Assembly: GCA_037379345.1 (NCBI GenBank)
Contig: CM074515.1
Span: 15,190,001 to 15,254,000 of the forward strand
Length of the DNA: 64,000 nucleotides
Direction of reading: 5' to 3'
DNA from: Perna viridis
Lineage: Eukaryota
Positions within the stretch are counted from its first letter, which is position 1. Each line of letters starts with the position of its first letter. Below, piece after piece: positions 53,376-64,000 of this stretch. The notes under the pieces were generated by a model, which was not told where the DNA came from, searched no databases, and was given only the letters and a program-made list of their open reading frames with translations. Both the position numbers and the translations under genes were made by a program.

Positions 53376-55456
53376 GTACTTGTCACGTGTTTTCATGGCA
53401 GTTCAAAGTTGAACGTTCTCATTAGTATTACCTGATGATCTTCACAAATATACAAACAGTAGGGAGTTGAGTTTTGCTGATTTATTTCTGGAACCATAAT
53501 AAGTTTACAATTTATATTCCAGTTTTATTTTACTTCAGAACCACGAAAGCAACATTTTGTAGATTATTTTCGCAGAAACTGCAACAAATTGAATACATTA
53601 ACTGAAATGATACGTCAACAGAAATTGGATGCACCTTCAATTATTAACCGGTTCATTATAACTGCAAGTACTTGGAAAGACATAGAGATTTGTTCCTTTC
53701 CATCAACTTATTTCCTTTGGCTCTCTTTGATATTATTTCTGAAGTAAGGTATAGAAGGTAAGTCCTTGATTAAGACCTAAATGTTAATTGGACATCATTC
53801 AAATGGTCAACTGTAATAAAAAAAAAATCCGAATTTCGAATGCATGCTCTCGTATATACTGTACACTTGCAGAAATGCAAGTTTGTATTGGCCTAAAAAG
53901 GTTTCGATTATCGTATTGGAATTTTATGAAGACCAAATCTATGTTCTATTTTACCTCGCTACACATCATAATTAAAATTAGGTAATTATTCCAGAGACTT
54001 TTTTAGATGAACTGATAACTGATGTCTTATACCTCATGGAAAGATATTTCTTTTTCACAAATGTATCAAGTTATGTTAATGAGAACATTCAAAGAACTGC
54101 CGAACAAGAAAACAAAAATTTCACTCTAAATTATCAGCCCGTGCTTTCTTAATTTGACTGCGCTATGAAAACATCATTGTAAGCTTAACCTTATAGGTCA
54201 TGGGTTTATAACATTTTTGCAGCTCGCTCTTCAGTTTGGAACGTGATTGCTTGGCTTTTCAGTTATTGAAATACTTATTACTTATATTTAACATTTTTAA
54301 AACATTTTAAAATAAGCAAGCTTTGTTCATTTTGAAAGAAATTTGATTACATTTATTTTATAGTTGGTTACCTACTATATGGTTATCAGTATTGTGAAAA
54401 AACATGGTGAAATGAGTATTTCAAAGCTGAGTTAGTTATTTTGAACGTTAACTTCCAATAAGTCTGTACATGGTTAGCTTTGGTAGTCTCGGCTTTGGTC
54501 ATTTGCTTCTTAAGGCTCAATTGTGTGCAGATAGAACTAGGCTAGACCCATGCCTTGAATAAAATTACACGGCTTCACCTTGGCAGATATTTGCCTTTCA
54601 GAGCTTCACAGTTTATTTATTTGTCATGAAGTTAGCATCTATTTGATTATTTCCCTGGCATGTTTTAATGTTGTTTTCTGACATTTCATAACATTGATAC
54701 ATTTAAACTCATTATGAATGTATAACAGAACATGTTTTGGCATGATGTTAATTGTCCATATAAAAACTTTGCGGAAACAAAAATGAAGAAAAAAACGTTC
54801 TTAGATAACTTTCTGTCATCAATGAAAATATACCACATCTTACAGGCTTAGTTTAACGTCAAAATCTGAAAATAATTGCAAATAGGAGAGAGAAAAACTG
54901 CTGAAAAAATCATGTTTCTTTTTTAAACTTTTTCAACTGTCATTTTATTTTCAATTTTAATGTTTTCACTCTCAGTTTTGTGTTGCATTTTGAATTATGC
55001 ATCTATTGTCTTTGATATTTACAAATTATTCGTGTTGTTTGTCATTGTTGTTTGTATATATTTTAGAATTTTTTCGATGTTGTGCATTTTATGCATATTG
55101 TTTGCATGCATTTGCAAAGTACTAACCAGGTAAGTAATATTTTCAATAGACAGAAGACAGTCTTATATTATTACATCAAAGCAAGTTTTCGGTTTATTAT
55201 TATTTACATGACTTTTAATGCCATCTTTGAGATCTATTGTAATGATGCCAATAGATTATAATTTCTGCGACAATGTAACTTTTCGTAAGACTAATAAGTT
55301 TTTGCGTATGTTTCTTTATTCCTTTTAAGAAAAAAATGGTTAAATAATTTCATACCAAATTAATATGCTTATCCTTTTCATATGAGTTGCATTTACTTAC
55401 AAAAGTAGCAAAATATAACGATTCGTTATTGTACCAGGCAATGTCTACTTTTGTAG

Positions 55457-55652
55457 CCGATAGTGTTCCTCTTGGGCTCATCATCGCCATCATCATCATC
55501 ATCGTAATCATCCTGTTTATTGTGATTGACGTCACGTGCTACTACAAAAGGCAATGCGGAGTTTTCATGTGCATCAAGGAGAAGGTTGGTAGAACTGGTT
55601 CCATGGAAACCAGAAGTAAGGAGAAGATCATAGAGGAGGGAGATGCTGATGG
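55457..55652 (+). CDS. NCAM: Transmembrane exon (DSVPLGLIIAIIIIIVIILFIVIDVTCYYKRQCGVFMCIKEK...)
   Basis: TTTGTAG acceptor, GG|GTAAGT donor, phase 1-2; D(V/I)TCY....CG..MCI is the NCAM juxtamembrane palmitoylation motif. Confidence 0.97.
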
Positions 55653-56258
55653 GTAAGTTTAAAGTTAAGGTCGAAAATCACCTAATCATACAGATGTCAA
55701 TCGATATGAATTTCACTCATTTTCTGTTGAAATCCTACTTTCCATGATCCGTGATCTTGTCTTATTCACCAATGATTAAATAAAAAAAATAGGGGAGTTA
55801 TGCTTATTTAATACGAGGAAGTAAAAAAGCCTTATACCGTCCGCGCGAGACCCGACAGGGTAGTCAAGGACGTTAAAAACCTCCTTAGTAAGCCTTATTT
55901 TGTGAAAAACCTCGCTGATTGTAACAAGAAATATTTTAAGTACTTCTTGTTCAAGTAATTGTGTTTTATTCTGTTGTCTGCATTGTGTATACGAGTCGGT
56001 TCTGTTTCCTGTTTTCCAATATGTTTTGACATTGTCTATGGATTCTGATGTCAGAATTCTACTTTTATTTTGATACTTCGGATATTGTTTTGTCAATATA
56101 TTTGTTTTGTCAATATATTCTATTTGGTTGACGTCCAACGTTAGTTCGTCTAGTTATACTATTCGCAAAAAGAAAATTGAATGAACGTAACAAGTTCATT
56201 TGAACAAAGAGTCCAATTGTAACTATTAGAATAAACCACTATCATACTTGTAAATTAG

Positions 56259-56753
56259 GAAGGCGACAAAAAAGAAAGAACCAAACCAAAATGGAGTGAA
56301 AGATCTGAATAATGTTGTTAAAAACAAACCAGATGAAAACGATACACAGAAAAACAATAGTGATAAAAAGAATACTACACCAGAACATGCAGATGGAAAT
56401 AAAGGCGACATCAAATCTGAATCGGATACAAAAAAAACGAAATCAGAAAATGGGAAAATACAACACAGATCTGAAGAAGATGCTAAACCAAAAGAAAAGA
56501 CTGAAAATAAGACCGAAACAACTCCACAAAAGGCTGATGGAAAACAAATTGAGATGAAGAAACTAACGAATAAGACCGCAAAGGAAACCAAAGAAACTGA
56601 AAAAGACGTAAACAAGGCAGAAAAAAATGAAGAGCAACCCTCAAGCCAGGACCAAAAACAATCTGAAAACTCAACTGTGCCAGTGAAATCAACAGTAACG
56701 GATGAAACAAAATCCGCAAAAAAGAAACTGGACTTCAAAGATATTCCTGACGC
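56259..56753 (+). CDS. NCAM: 495-nt Lys/Glu/Thr-rich cytoplasmic cassette exon (NCAM180-like long-isoform insert)
   Basis: ATTAG acceptor, open frame in phase with the TM exon, GC|GTAAGC donor, phase 2-2; read-through stops at 56757. Confidence 0.8.
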
Positions 56754-57441
56754 GTAAGCCGCAAGGAATGACAGTTACACTTTTTACTAATAGCATGAAA
56801 TTTGCAGACATGTGCACAGAGTGATGAAACGTCTAGCACTTACATAACCATGCAAAGCATACATTACCTGGTGGAGGCAAAGCCAATTTGATTTCGCATT
56901 TTCCTTTAGCCAAAATATATCGTACATTTTTTCATTTATTTTTGATCGACAAATTATTTGTACAACACGGAAATTCCTTATAGACTTGCATTGTATTTAT
57001 GCATGACTAACAAGTTCTTTCATTAACATGTTAGTATGAACTGCACGAGTTATCAATAGTCTTCCAACAGTTAACCCCTCCCCACCCCTGTGTTAGTGTA
57101 TGGAGAGACAAAGTTTGCTTTCATTGAGACAAAGTTTGCCAAAATGAAAGCATTTCTAAAAATAATTTTATTTAAGAATATGCCTAGAATATGAATAGAA
57201 GGAGCTCAGTGTGTGCCCTTAAACTACCTTTAAGATGTACAAATTATATTTGGGTTGCCTTTCTGACTGTCACTACTATAGGTTTCAAATTGTTTGCTGT
57301 GAATAAACAGTTTAAACATGACTTTATTTAAAAATATTTTCTGGACAATTAGTACGAAAACAGCCATGAATAGTGCTGTGAATCTAAGATTTACCCTGTC
57401 AAACTCTTTGATTACGGTGCACTGCCATGTTCCCATGGGCG

Positions 57442-58545
57442 AAAGAGTAATCAAGGGAACCAAGTTTATAGCGGTAATCAAAAGAATGTATTCCCGGGAC
57501 AAAGACCAGACATGGAAAACAGACATACACAACAAAGAACATAAAGTAACTAAAATCATACATACAAAGTAACAAAAGTAAATGAGCAACTCGGACTCCA
57601 CTAAAAAATGGGAGCATGGACCAGGTGCACCGGTAGAGTAAGCGTTCTCGGCTTTTCCAGAAACACCTATAAAAACTCATAAAAAATCAAGTCCGGGGTA
57701 GACAAACGAGGAAATGAAAACTATGACCCGTTGAATAAATCAGTTTTCATGGTGTTGATGGATACACCATAACGATCCACGAGTTCATGATGACGACCAT
57801 GAAACTTCTGTAGTGATGACTTCAATCTTGTAGCAACATAACCCTGTTCCAGAAGCCTATTTGTTAGAGTACTAGCGCGATACAAAAAGTCTGCGCAGTT
57901 TCGGCAAGCTCTGGCATAACGTATGAGTTGTGATATGAACACTCCATACGCAGAAGGAATGTTGCCACAGATGAAAGGAAAGTTGACAATTCTGACAAGT
58001 CATCACGTTTGTCGTAAAGTTTGGTCAATAGTTTTCCTTTTCCATCGATTTCTAAGTGTAGGTCAAGATATGAGGCTGACTTTACAGTGTCTGTAGTATC
58101 TTTTATCTCAAGTTCTTTGGGGTAGATGCGATGTATCAAATCCCCGAAATTAGGATTGTTTAAAGATAATACGTCATCTATATAGCGGAAACTGAAATTA
58201 AAGGATCTAGCCAAACGTCATTCTTTCTTTCTGATCAGATCAGCTATAAAGTCTGCCTCATAAGAGTGAAGGAATAGGTCAGCAAGTAAAGGAGCACAAT
58301 TTGTTTCTTATTGGAATGCCGACCGTTTGTGGAAAAACACGTCCACCACACTGGACAAATATGTTGTCGATTAAAAATTCCAGCATTTTGTAAACATCTT
58401 CCTGTGTATATTTGGAAGATGATTTGGAATTATTTCTTACAAAGTATGAGGAATCTCTACCAAGAACTATATATTTATATCTAGGTGTACCCTTTTTTTT
58501 TTTTAAAAAAAAAAACAACGATATATAATGTTTTTAAGTCGGGAT
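57442..58545 (-). mobile_element. Penelope-like retroelement, 5'-truncated RT pseudogene
   Basis: QTVGIP.G.NC, FRYIDDVL, SYLDL, LYDKRDD and SQLIRYARAC motifs split by frameshifts, followed by a 3' UTR. Confidence 0.92.
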
Positions 58546-58866
58546 TATGATTGAACCTATTCAGTAGTCAAACATTTGTTTGTTTCGTCAAAAGCATTAG
58601 CTTCTTTAGCTTTGTAATTCAATATATTGCATGAATAAAGGCTTGACATCTCTTACACATTCATTAATCATAAACACCTAAACGAAATTTTTAATTCAAC
58701 TATTCTACAAAGATGTCAAATAATATTGCATTCCTATGGTAAAGTGCTATACAAACCTTCTTAATCATTTTATAAACTCAAGTGATTTCTTTATAACCAA
58801 TGTATTAGTTCTTTTTTGCATGCGATTGTATGACTCCTTTCATGTAGTAATAAAACTATGCCTTTC

Positions 58867-59548
58867 CTACCCCAAAGAACTTGAGATAAGGGATACTACA
58901 GACACTGTAAGGTCAGCCTCATATCTTGACCTACACTTAGAAATCGATGGTAAAAGAAAAACTATTGACCAAACTTTACGACAAACGTGATGACATTTCA
59001 TTCAGAATTGTCAATTTTCCTTTCATCTGTGGCAACATCCCTTCAGCACCTGCGTATGGAGTGTTCATATCACAACTCATACGTTATACCAGAGCTTGCC
59101 GACACTACGCAGACTTTTCGTATCGCACTAGAACTCTAACAAATAGGCTTCTGGAACAGGGTTATGTTGCTACAAGATTGATTTCATCACTACAGAAGTT
59201 TTATGGTCGTCATCATGAACTCGTGGATCGTTATGGTGTATCCATCTGCACCATGAAAACTGATTTATTCAACAGTTCATACTTTCCTCGTTTGTCTACC
59301 CCAGACTTGACTTTTTATGAGCAACTCGGCGGGTGTTTCTAGAAAAGCAGAGGACGCTTACCCTTCCGTTCCATGCTCCCATTTCTTAGTGGAGTCCGAG
59401 TTGCTCATTTGCTTTTGTGACTTTGTATGTATGATTTTTAGTTACTTTATGTTCTTTGTTGTGTATGTCTGTCTTCCATGTCTGGTTTTTCTCCCTGGAT
59501 TGCATTCTTTTGATTACCGCTATAACCTTGGTTCCCTTGATTACTCTT
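58867..59548 (+). mobile_element. Penelope-like retroelement, shorter copy in inverted orientation
   Basis: YPKELEIRDTT..SYLDL / LYDKRDDISFRIVNFPFICGNIPSAPAYGVFISQLIRY; reverse complement of about 57442-58124. Confidence 0.92.
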
Positions 59549-59938
59549 ATTCTAATTTACTCCCAACAAAGTACAAATATAGACAATGAAGAAAGTAAAA
59601 CGTCATTTTTATTTCTCAAAAAGTATAGAATATTCACGAGTTTCACACAAAAATACAGATTGACCACAATGTTTTGTCCTGCATGCCTTTCATTATTTTC
59701 AGTAGAATAAAAATGCAGTATTCTCTGGCGATTGCTTCATGTTTTGAATTTTATTAACCATATTTTTTCTCCTTTTATTCTCTTTGTCTCCCGAAACTTT
59801 CATTTATTAAATGTTTGTAAATACAATTAAATGCTTATCTTGTATGGGTATTTTGTTGTATTGATGTTGTCAAATAACTAATGATGTCTGGTGATAAGAT
59901 TACATTTTAACATTTCTAAAATTGATTGTATATTTTAG

Positions 59939-60007
59939 AGATAAAAAAGTGCCGCTACTGGGTGACAAGGACCAGGAAGGAACAGAGGCTGATCAAGAGG
60001 CTGTCGA
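59939..60007 (+). CDS. NCAM: Cytoplasmic exon (DKKVPLLGDKDQEGTEADQEAVE)
   Basis: TTTTAG acceptor, GA|GTATGT donor, phase 2-2; contains a PLL dileucine-like motif. Confidence 0.85.
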
Positions 60008-60377
60008 GTATGTAAAATACAATATTCGGCGTCTTGCATCAAAATCGTTGATTAATAAGTCAGATACACAAATTGCCTTGAAATTGGCTAAACTTAAATT
60101 CAAGCCATAAAAAACCTGCTTCCGTGAAAGTTTATGCCTATTGTATTTACAATTAAAACAGTGGACAGTAAACTTTTTGTTTGAAACCCCTGCATATTAG
60201 ACAAAAACTAAGTATCGTAGCAAAGATATCATCAGTTAAGAGTCCCTTCAAGCTATTTCCGTTATCATTAAATCCAGTAACGTATTGGATTCAGAAAAAA
60301 GGTCGTCTTCAAGACACATGAAATACATTAAAAGTACTTCAAAAAATATCTTTTAATTAAACTTTGGCCCTTTACAG

Positions 60378-60447
60378 AGCTGGAGAAGTGATGGAAGAGA
60401 AAGAGCCAGAGGACAAAGAAGAAAAGCCAGCAACACCAACAAAAGAT
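60378..60447 (+). CDS. NCAM: Cytoplasmic exon (AGEVMEEKEPEDKEEKPATPTKD)
   Basis: CCCTTTACAG acceptor, GAT|GTATGT donor, phase 2-0; PEST-like with a TP site. Confidence 0.85.
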
Positions 60448-60597
60448 GTATGTTGATTATCATTTGTGTACACTTTTGTCAATAGGTCTTTTAATATATC
60501 TGATGATATAAACTAAAACACTTGTAAATGTACTGCATTTAATTTTGTTATTATAATCCCACCCGCATAATGGCTGGTATATATATATATATATATA

Positions 60598-61044
60598 TAT
60601 ACAACGTCTCAGAATGTGACGACTCTATTCGCTACACTGCTCCATCGGATCAAATTGATACAGGGAAGATAACGTAAACTTATAAAAGGGTCTGAAAAAT
60701 TCCCAAATTCCCATCGAACTCGTACCGCTGTGACATCTATGGCAACACCGCCTGCACTTAATCCAGCGCCCTAGACCACTCGGTCAGCTAGGCTATATAA
60801 AAATATAGCTTTCGCTGGCCGGGTCATTCCTCCTCGTAGGATTAATCTAGGGCTGTAACTTAGTACACGATGTATGGTAGTACGGGACAGTTCATCTAGG
60901 TGTTATTATGTAGGATAGAGGATCAATTTAATGATGCATGTCACAACAAATCAATATTATACAACGTCTCAGAATGTGACGACTCTATTCGCTACACTGC
61001 TCCATCGGATCAAATTGATACAGGGAAGATAACGTAAACTTATA
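60598..61044 (-). mobile_element. Terminally redundant 360-bp element with an internal tRNA-derived Pol III head, next to (TA)n
   Basis: Identical 87-bp direct repeats at 60598-60684 and 60958-61044. The minus strand has A-box-like TGACCGAGTGGTCTAGGGCGCTGGATT and B-box-like GAGTTCGAT. Confidence 0.75.
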
Positions 61045-61459
61045 GAAGGATTTTCTTCCTTCCTCTCTTCCGTTACACAAAGTCGGGGGCATCCGTTACT
61101 CTTCATATACCACTGTATGGAACCTAATTGAAACTTTCACAGAATCTTTATGATATGTTACCATTTTGCATCTCTTATTTTAGATTTTGCTCCGAATCAA
61201 TTTGGGGATCACACATAACAAAACATGGACTTTGTCATTTGTGAATGTTGGGACGTGGGGAGACCCATCTCTTTGTATATCCCTGGATGGAATTTAATAA
61301 AGCTTTCTCAGAATCTTAAATGACATGTTCGCAATGTGCACTTCTATTTCAAATTTGCTTCGAATCAATTTGGGGGGTTCACAAAGCAAAACATCAACTT
61401 TGTCATTTGTAAATTTTGGGACATGGGGGACCCATCTCTTACCCATTACTACCCCGATA

Positions 61460-62270
61460 GATATGTTGATATGCATGTTGATGATACCACTTTACATAAA
61501 TCTGATAAAAATATTCAACAGGACATGCTAAGACAAGTTGAAAATGAGTGTAGTAATAATTGTATGCTTATAAATGCTAACAAGACAAAATATATTATTA
61601 TTGGAACTAGACAAATACTGACAAATGTTGATATACCCTCTTTATTAGCTGATGATAATGCTTTTAAATTTTCATCCTGTAAAAAAAACTACTGGATGTT
61701 AATATTGATGATACTCTAAGCTGGAAATTTCATGTTGATCATATATGCTCTAATATTTTATCACGATAGTATATCCTAGCAAATAAAGATCTGAACAATG
61801 AAATTAGAAAAAAAAAACTTTCTTTAATGGGTACATTCTTCCAATAATTGAATACTGTTGTATTGTATGGAGGTTTGACTCTGAAGGTCTATACAAAATT
61901 ATTAAAATTCAAAAAGGGCCTCATTCTAGATGCAGAAGCCTTATCTCTATTAGAACCCTTGTTCAAACAATTAGAAATTTGAAAGAAGAAGCAAGGATTT
62001 AATATCACAAATACCTATAAATCTATAAATCAAATTCAATGGGATGCACCAAGTAACATATCAGTAAAGTTTAATTATATTTCAGGAAATATACCTTATT
62101 CCTTCAGAAATACTGAACAAGGAAACTTGATAATCCCCAAAATTAAAACTGAACTTTTCAGAAAATCATTCATATATTCTGAGTCTGTCCTGTGTAATAA
62201 GTTACCCAAACATTTACGTAATCAAGCCACTACTAACACATTCGAAATCGATATAAAGAAGAACCTAAAG
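61460..62270 (+). mobile_element. Decayed CR1/L2-type LINE 3' fragment (RT C-terminus)
   Basis: MHVDDTT (decayed YADD), NNCMLINANKTKYIII, IDDTLSWKFHVDHIC and PKIKTELFRKSFIY..LCNKLP across frameshifts. Confidence 0.8.
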
Positions 62271-63693
62271 ACTTCTGAAAAGAGTATCATAAAAGAGAAT
62301 TCTTAATGTTCACAGTTTTTAATGTTCCAAATTTGATTTTAAGTGCTTTGATATTGTCAGAACAGCTTTAGTTTATTTGTGTGTGTTTTATCAGTAATAG
62401 TTTGGTGTGTGAGGGGCTCAGTGAAGATTAGCTTGTAAACTGTGTAACCCTCTCGAAAAACATAAAAAAAAGTATACCACTGAATGGAATTGTTTGAAAA
62501 TTTCACAGAGTCTTGATTACATGTTCCCATTATGCACTTCTTGTTTAAAGCTGCATTAGCTGCCAAATTTGTTCAGTTTTGATTCTACTGAAATTTGCTG
62601 ATTCAATGAAATAAATTTGTAGAAAGGCAGTTGAAGCAATAAATGTCAATAATACCTATAGAATATTGTGATTACGTTTTTTTAATTAGAGAAGATCAAT
62701 AGCTCTGGTCTAATTATTTTTCGCCATTACTTCCGGAGATTGTCGACAGGTCATACAGCTGGGTTAAAAATACTTTAATCTCGGTAAAAAAAAATAGCCA
62801 TAACGGATACCCAGGTGAGCACGTGTCTTGTTTTCATTTCACTTCATCTATTTCCTGATTAGTTTTCAAAAAAAATAATGACATATTTGAGCCACATTAT
62901 ATCACAATACGTAAATTCAAATGGAATCTTGCATTATTTTCGAACTTTTACCTTTTACGGATTGAATCCGTCGGTCTTCCTTGCCGTTAAATAACCACTT
63001 TCGCTTTGCAATCATATTTGTCACTAAAGAAGCGACCCTTATAGCACATGCGCGGATTAAGGTCACCAGAAGTCACATGCATACGAATTTATCTAGGTCG
63101 ATTTTTTGTCTTGTAAGGCAATAAATATATAGACACCTGCTTCATGTATTTAATGCATTTTATTTGTGGATATCAAATGAAATTATACAGGAAAAGTGCA
63201 ATTTAGTAGAAATAATTCAAAGTTAACGCATATTCCAACAGAAACAAAAAATTACGAAAATGACAGCTAATTCAGCTTTAAGATTTTGATCGGAATCAAT
63301 TTGGTGATCAAAGGTGCATATTATCAAATGGGTTAGTAAAGGTATCAAGTTAGTGAGCATTACTCGCAATTTTTCTAATTTAGAATTTATTTCAATGGTC
63401 TATTCTGGACTCCAATTTTTAATAATTCCGTAAGAAGATATATATATATTGTCTTTCTGAACACAATATGTTTATTATCATTTAGTCCGCACTTCCCTTT
63501 CTACAATAGAAAAAACGTACAAATGTATTCTTGTATTTCATAATTTCACAGAGACTCACTAATGCCCTGATTTTTTGTTTAATATTTCCATTTTTTGACC
63601 GCTATTGTACACTGAACATTTTGGTTTTAAAATACTGCCCTAGTAAGCAAACCTTGCACTAAGTTATATTTCAATTCACATTCTTAAAAATAG

Positions 63694-63789
63694 ATAGAGG
63701 AGGCTGAAGAGGCAAAGCCAGAAGGGAAAGAGAAACCCGAGTCTCCAAAGGAAGAAAGTAAAGGAGTGACAGATGAAAGCAAGCAGTAA
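63694..63789 (+). CDS. NCAM: Last coding exon of the TM isoforms (IEEAEEAKPEGKEKPESPKEESKGVTDESKQ*)
   Basis: AATAG acceptor, phase 0, TAA stop; the ESKQ end resembles the ESKA end of vertebrate NCAM; AATAAA at about 63833. Confidence 0.88.
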   Translation: MEEAEEAKPEGKEKPESPKEESKGVTDESKQ

Positions 63790-64000
63790 TCGGGAAAAAT
63801 GTCTTAAACAGCCTTTTGTTCTTAACATTTACAATAAAAACATTTCAATTTCTGGATATCAAACGTGTTCCAAGAAAAACATAAGGTCAGAGAACTCACA
63901 GAAGAAGACATTTCGAAGGAGGAAGTTATTTTGACCTATTGTATCATTGTTATTTTAAAGCGAATGATTTCCGAATATTATTTTGAATAGTATTGGTTAA

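Noticed and set aside
56226-56738. 170-aa Phe/Ser-rich minus-strand ORF
   Set aside because: It is the antisense shadow of the Lys/Glu-rich + strand exon.
60712-60792. Possible tRNA-Leu gene on the minus strand
   Set aside because: A and B boxes are present, but there is no acceptor or T stem cloverleaf; it is a tRNA-derived head of a repeat.
60821-60900. HDV-ribozyme-like P3/L3 motif TCC-TCCTCGTA-GGA followed by GGG and a hairpin
   Set aside because: I found no P1 5' partner and no catalytic J4/2 C with a P2 closing strand, so no ribozyme is called.

Overview
AT-rich animal genomic DNA, probably a bivalve such as a mussel (inferred from repeat content only). The window holds almost all of one + strand spliced gene, an NCAM/Fasciclin-II/apCAM-type cell-adhesion molecule. 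I rebuilt it by hand from GT-AG boundaries with consistent phases. It has 10 exons for five Ig domains, 4 exons for two FN3 domains, a 21-nt microexon, an alternative terminal exon encoding a GPI-anchor signal, a Pro/Thr stalk exon, the transmembrane exon (NCAM-type DVTCYYKRQCGVFMCI), a 495-nt charged cytoplasmic cassette exon and three short cytoplasmic exons ending DESKQ*. I found no signal-peptide exon, so 1-17541 is probably intron. Introns carry minisatellites, MITEs, Helentron-type non-autonomous elements, a 2.6-kb foldback element, a SINE-like insertion, inverted Penelope-like RT fragments, a CR1/L2-like remnant and an assembly gap. Three observations stand out. (1) Several minisatellites are built from copies of the gene's own exon-intron junctions, giving arrays of duplicated splice sites. 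(2) TACATGTA is enriched, and two paralog comparisons show it differs from plain TA by CATGTA, as expected for Tc1/mariner excision footprints. (3) A 360-bp element with perfect 87-bp terminal redundancy carries an internal tRNA-like Pol III promoter.
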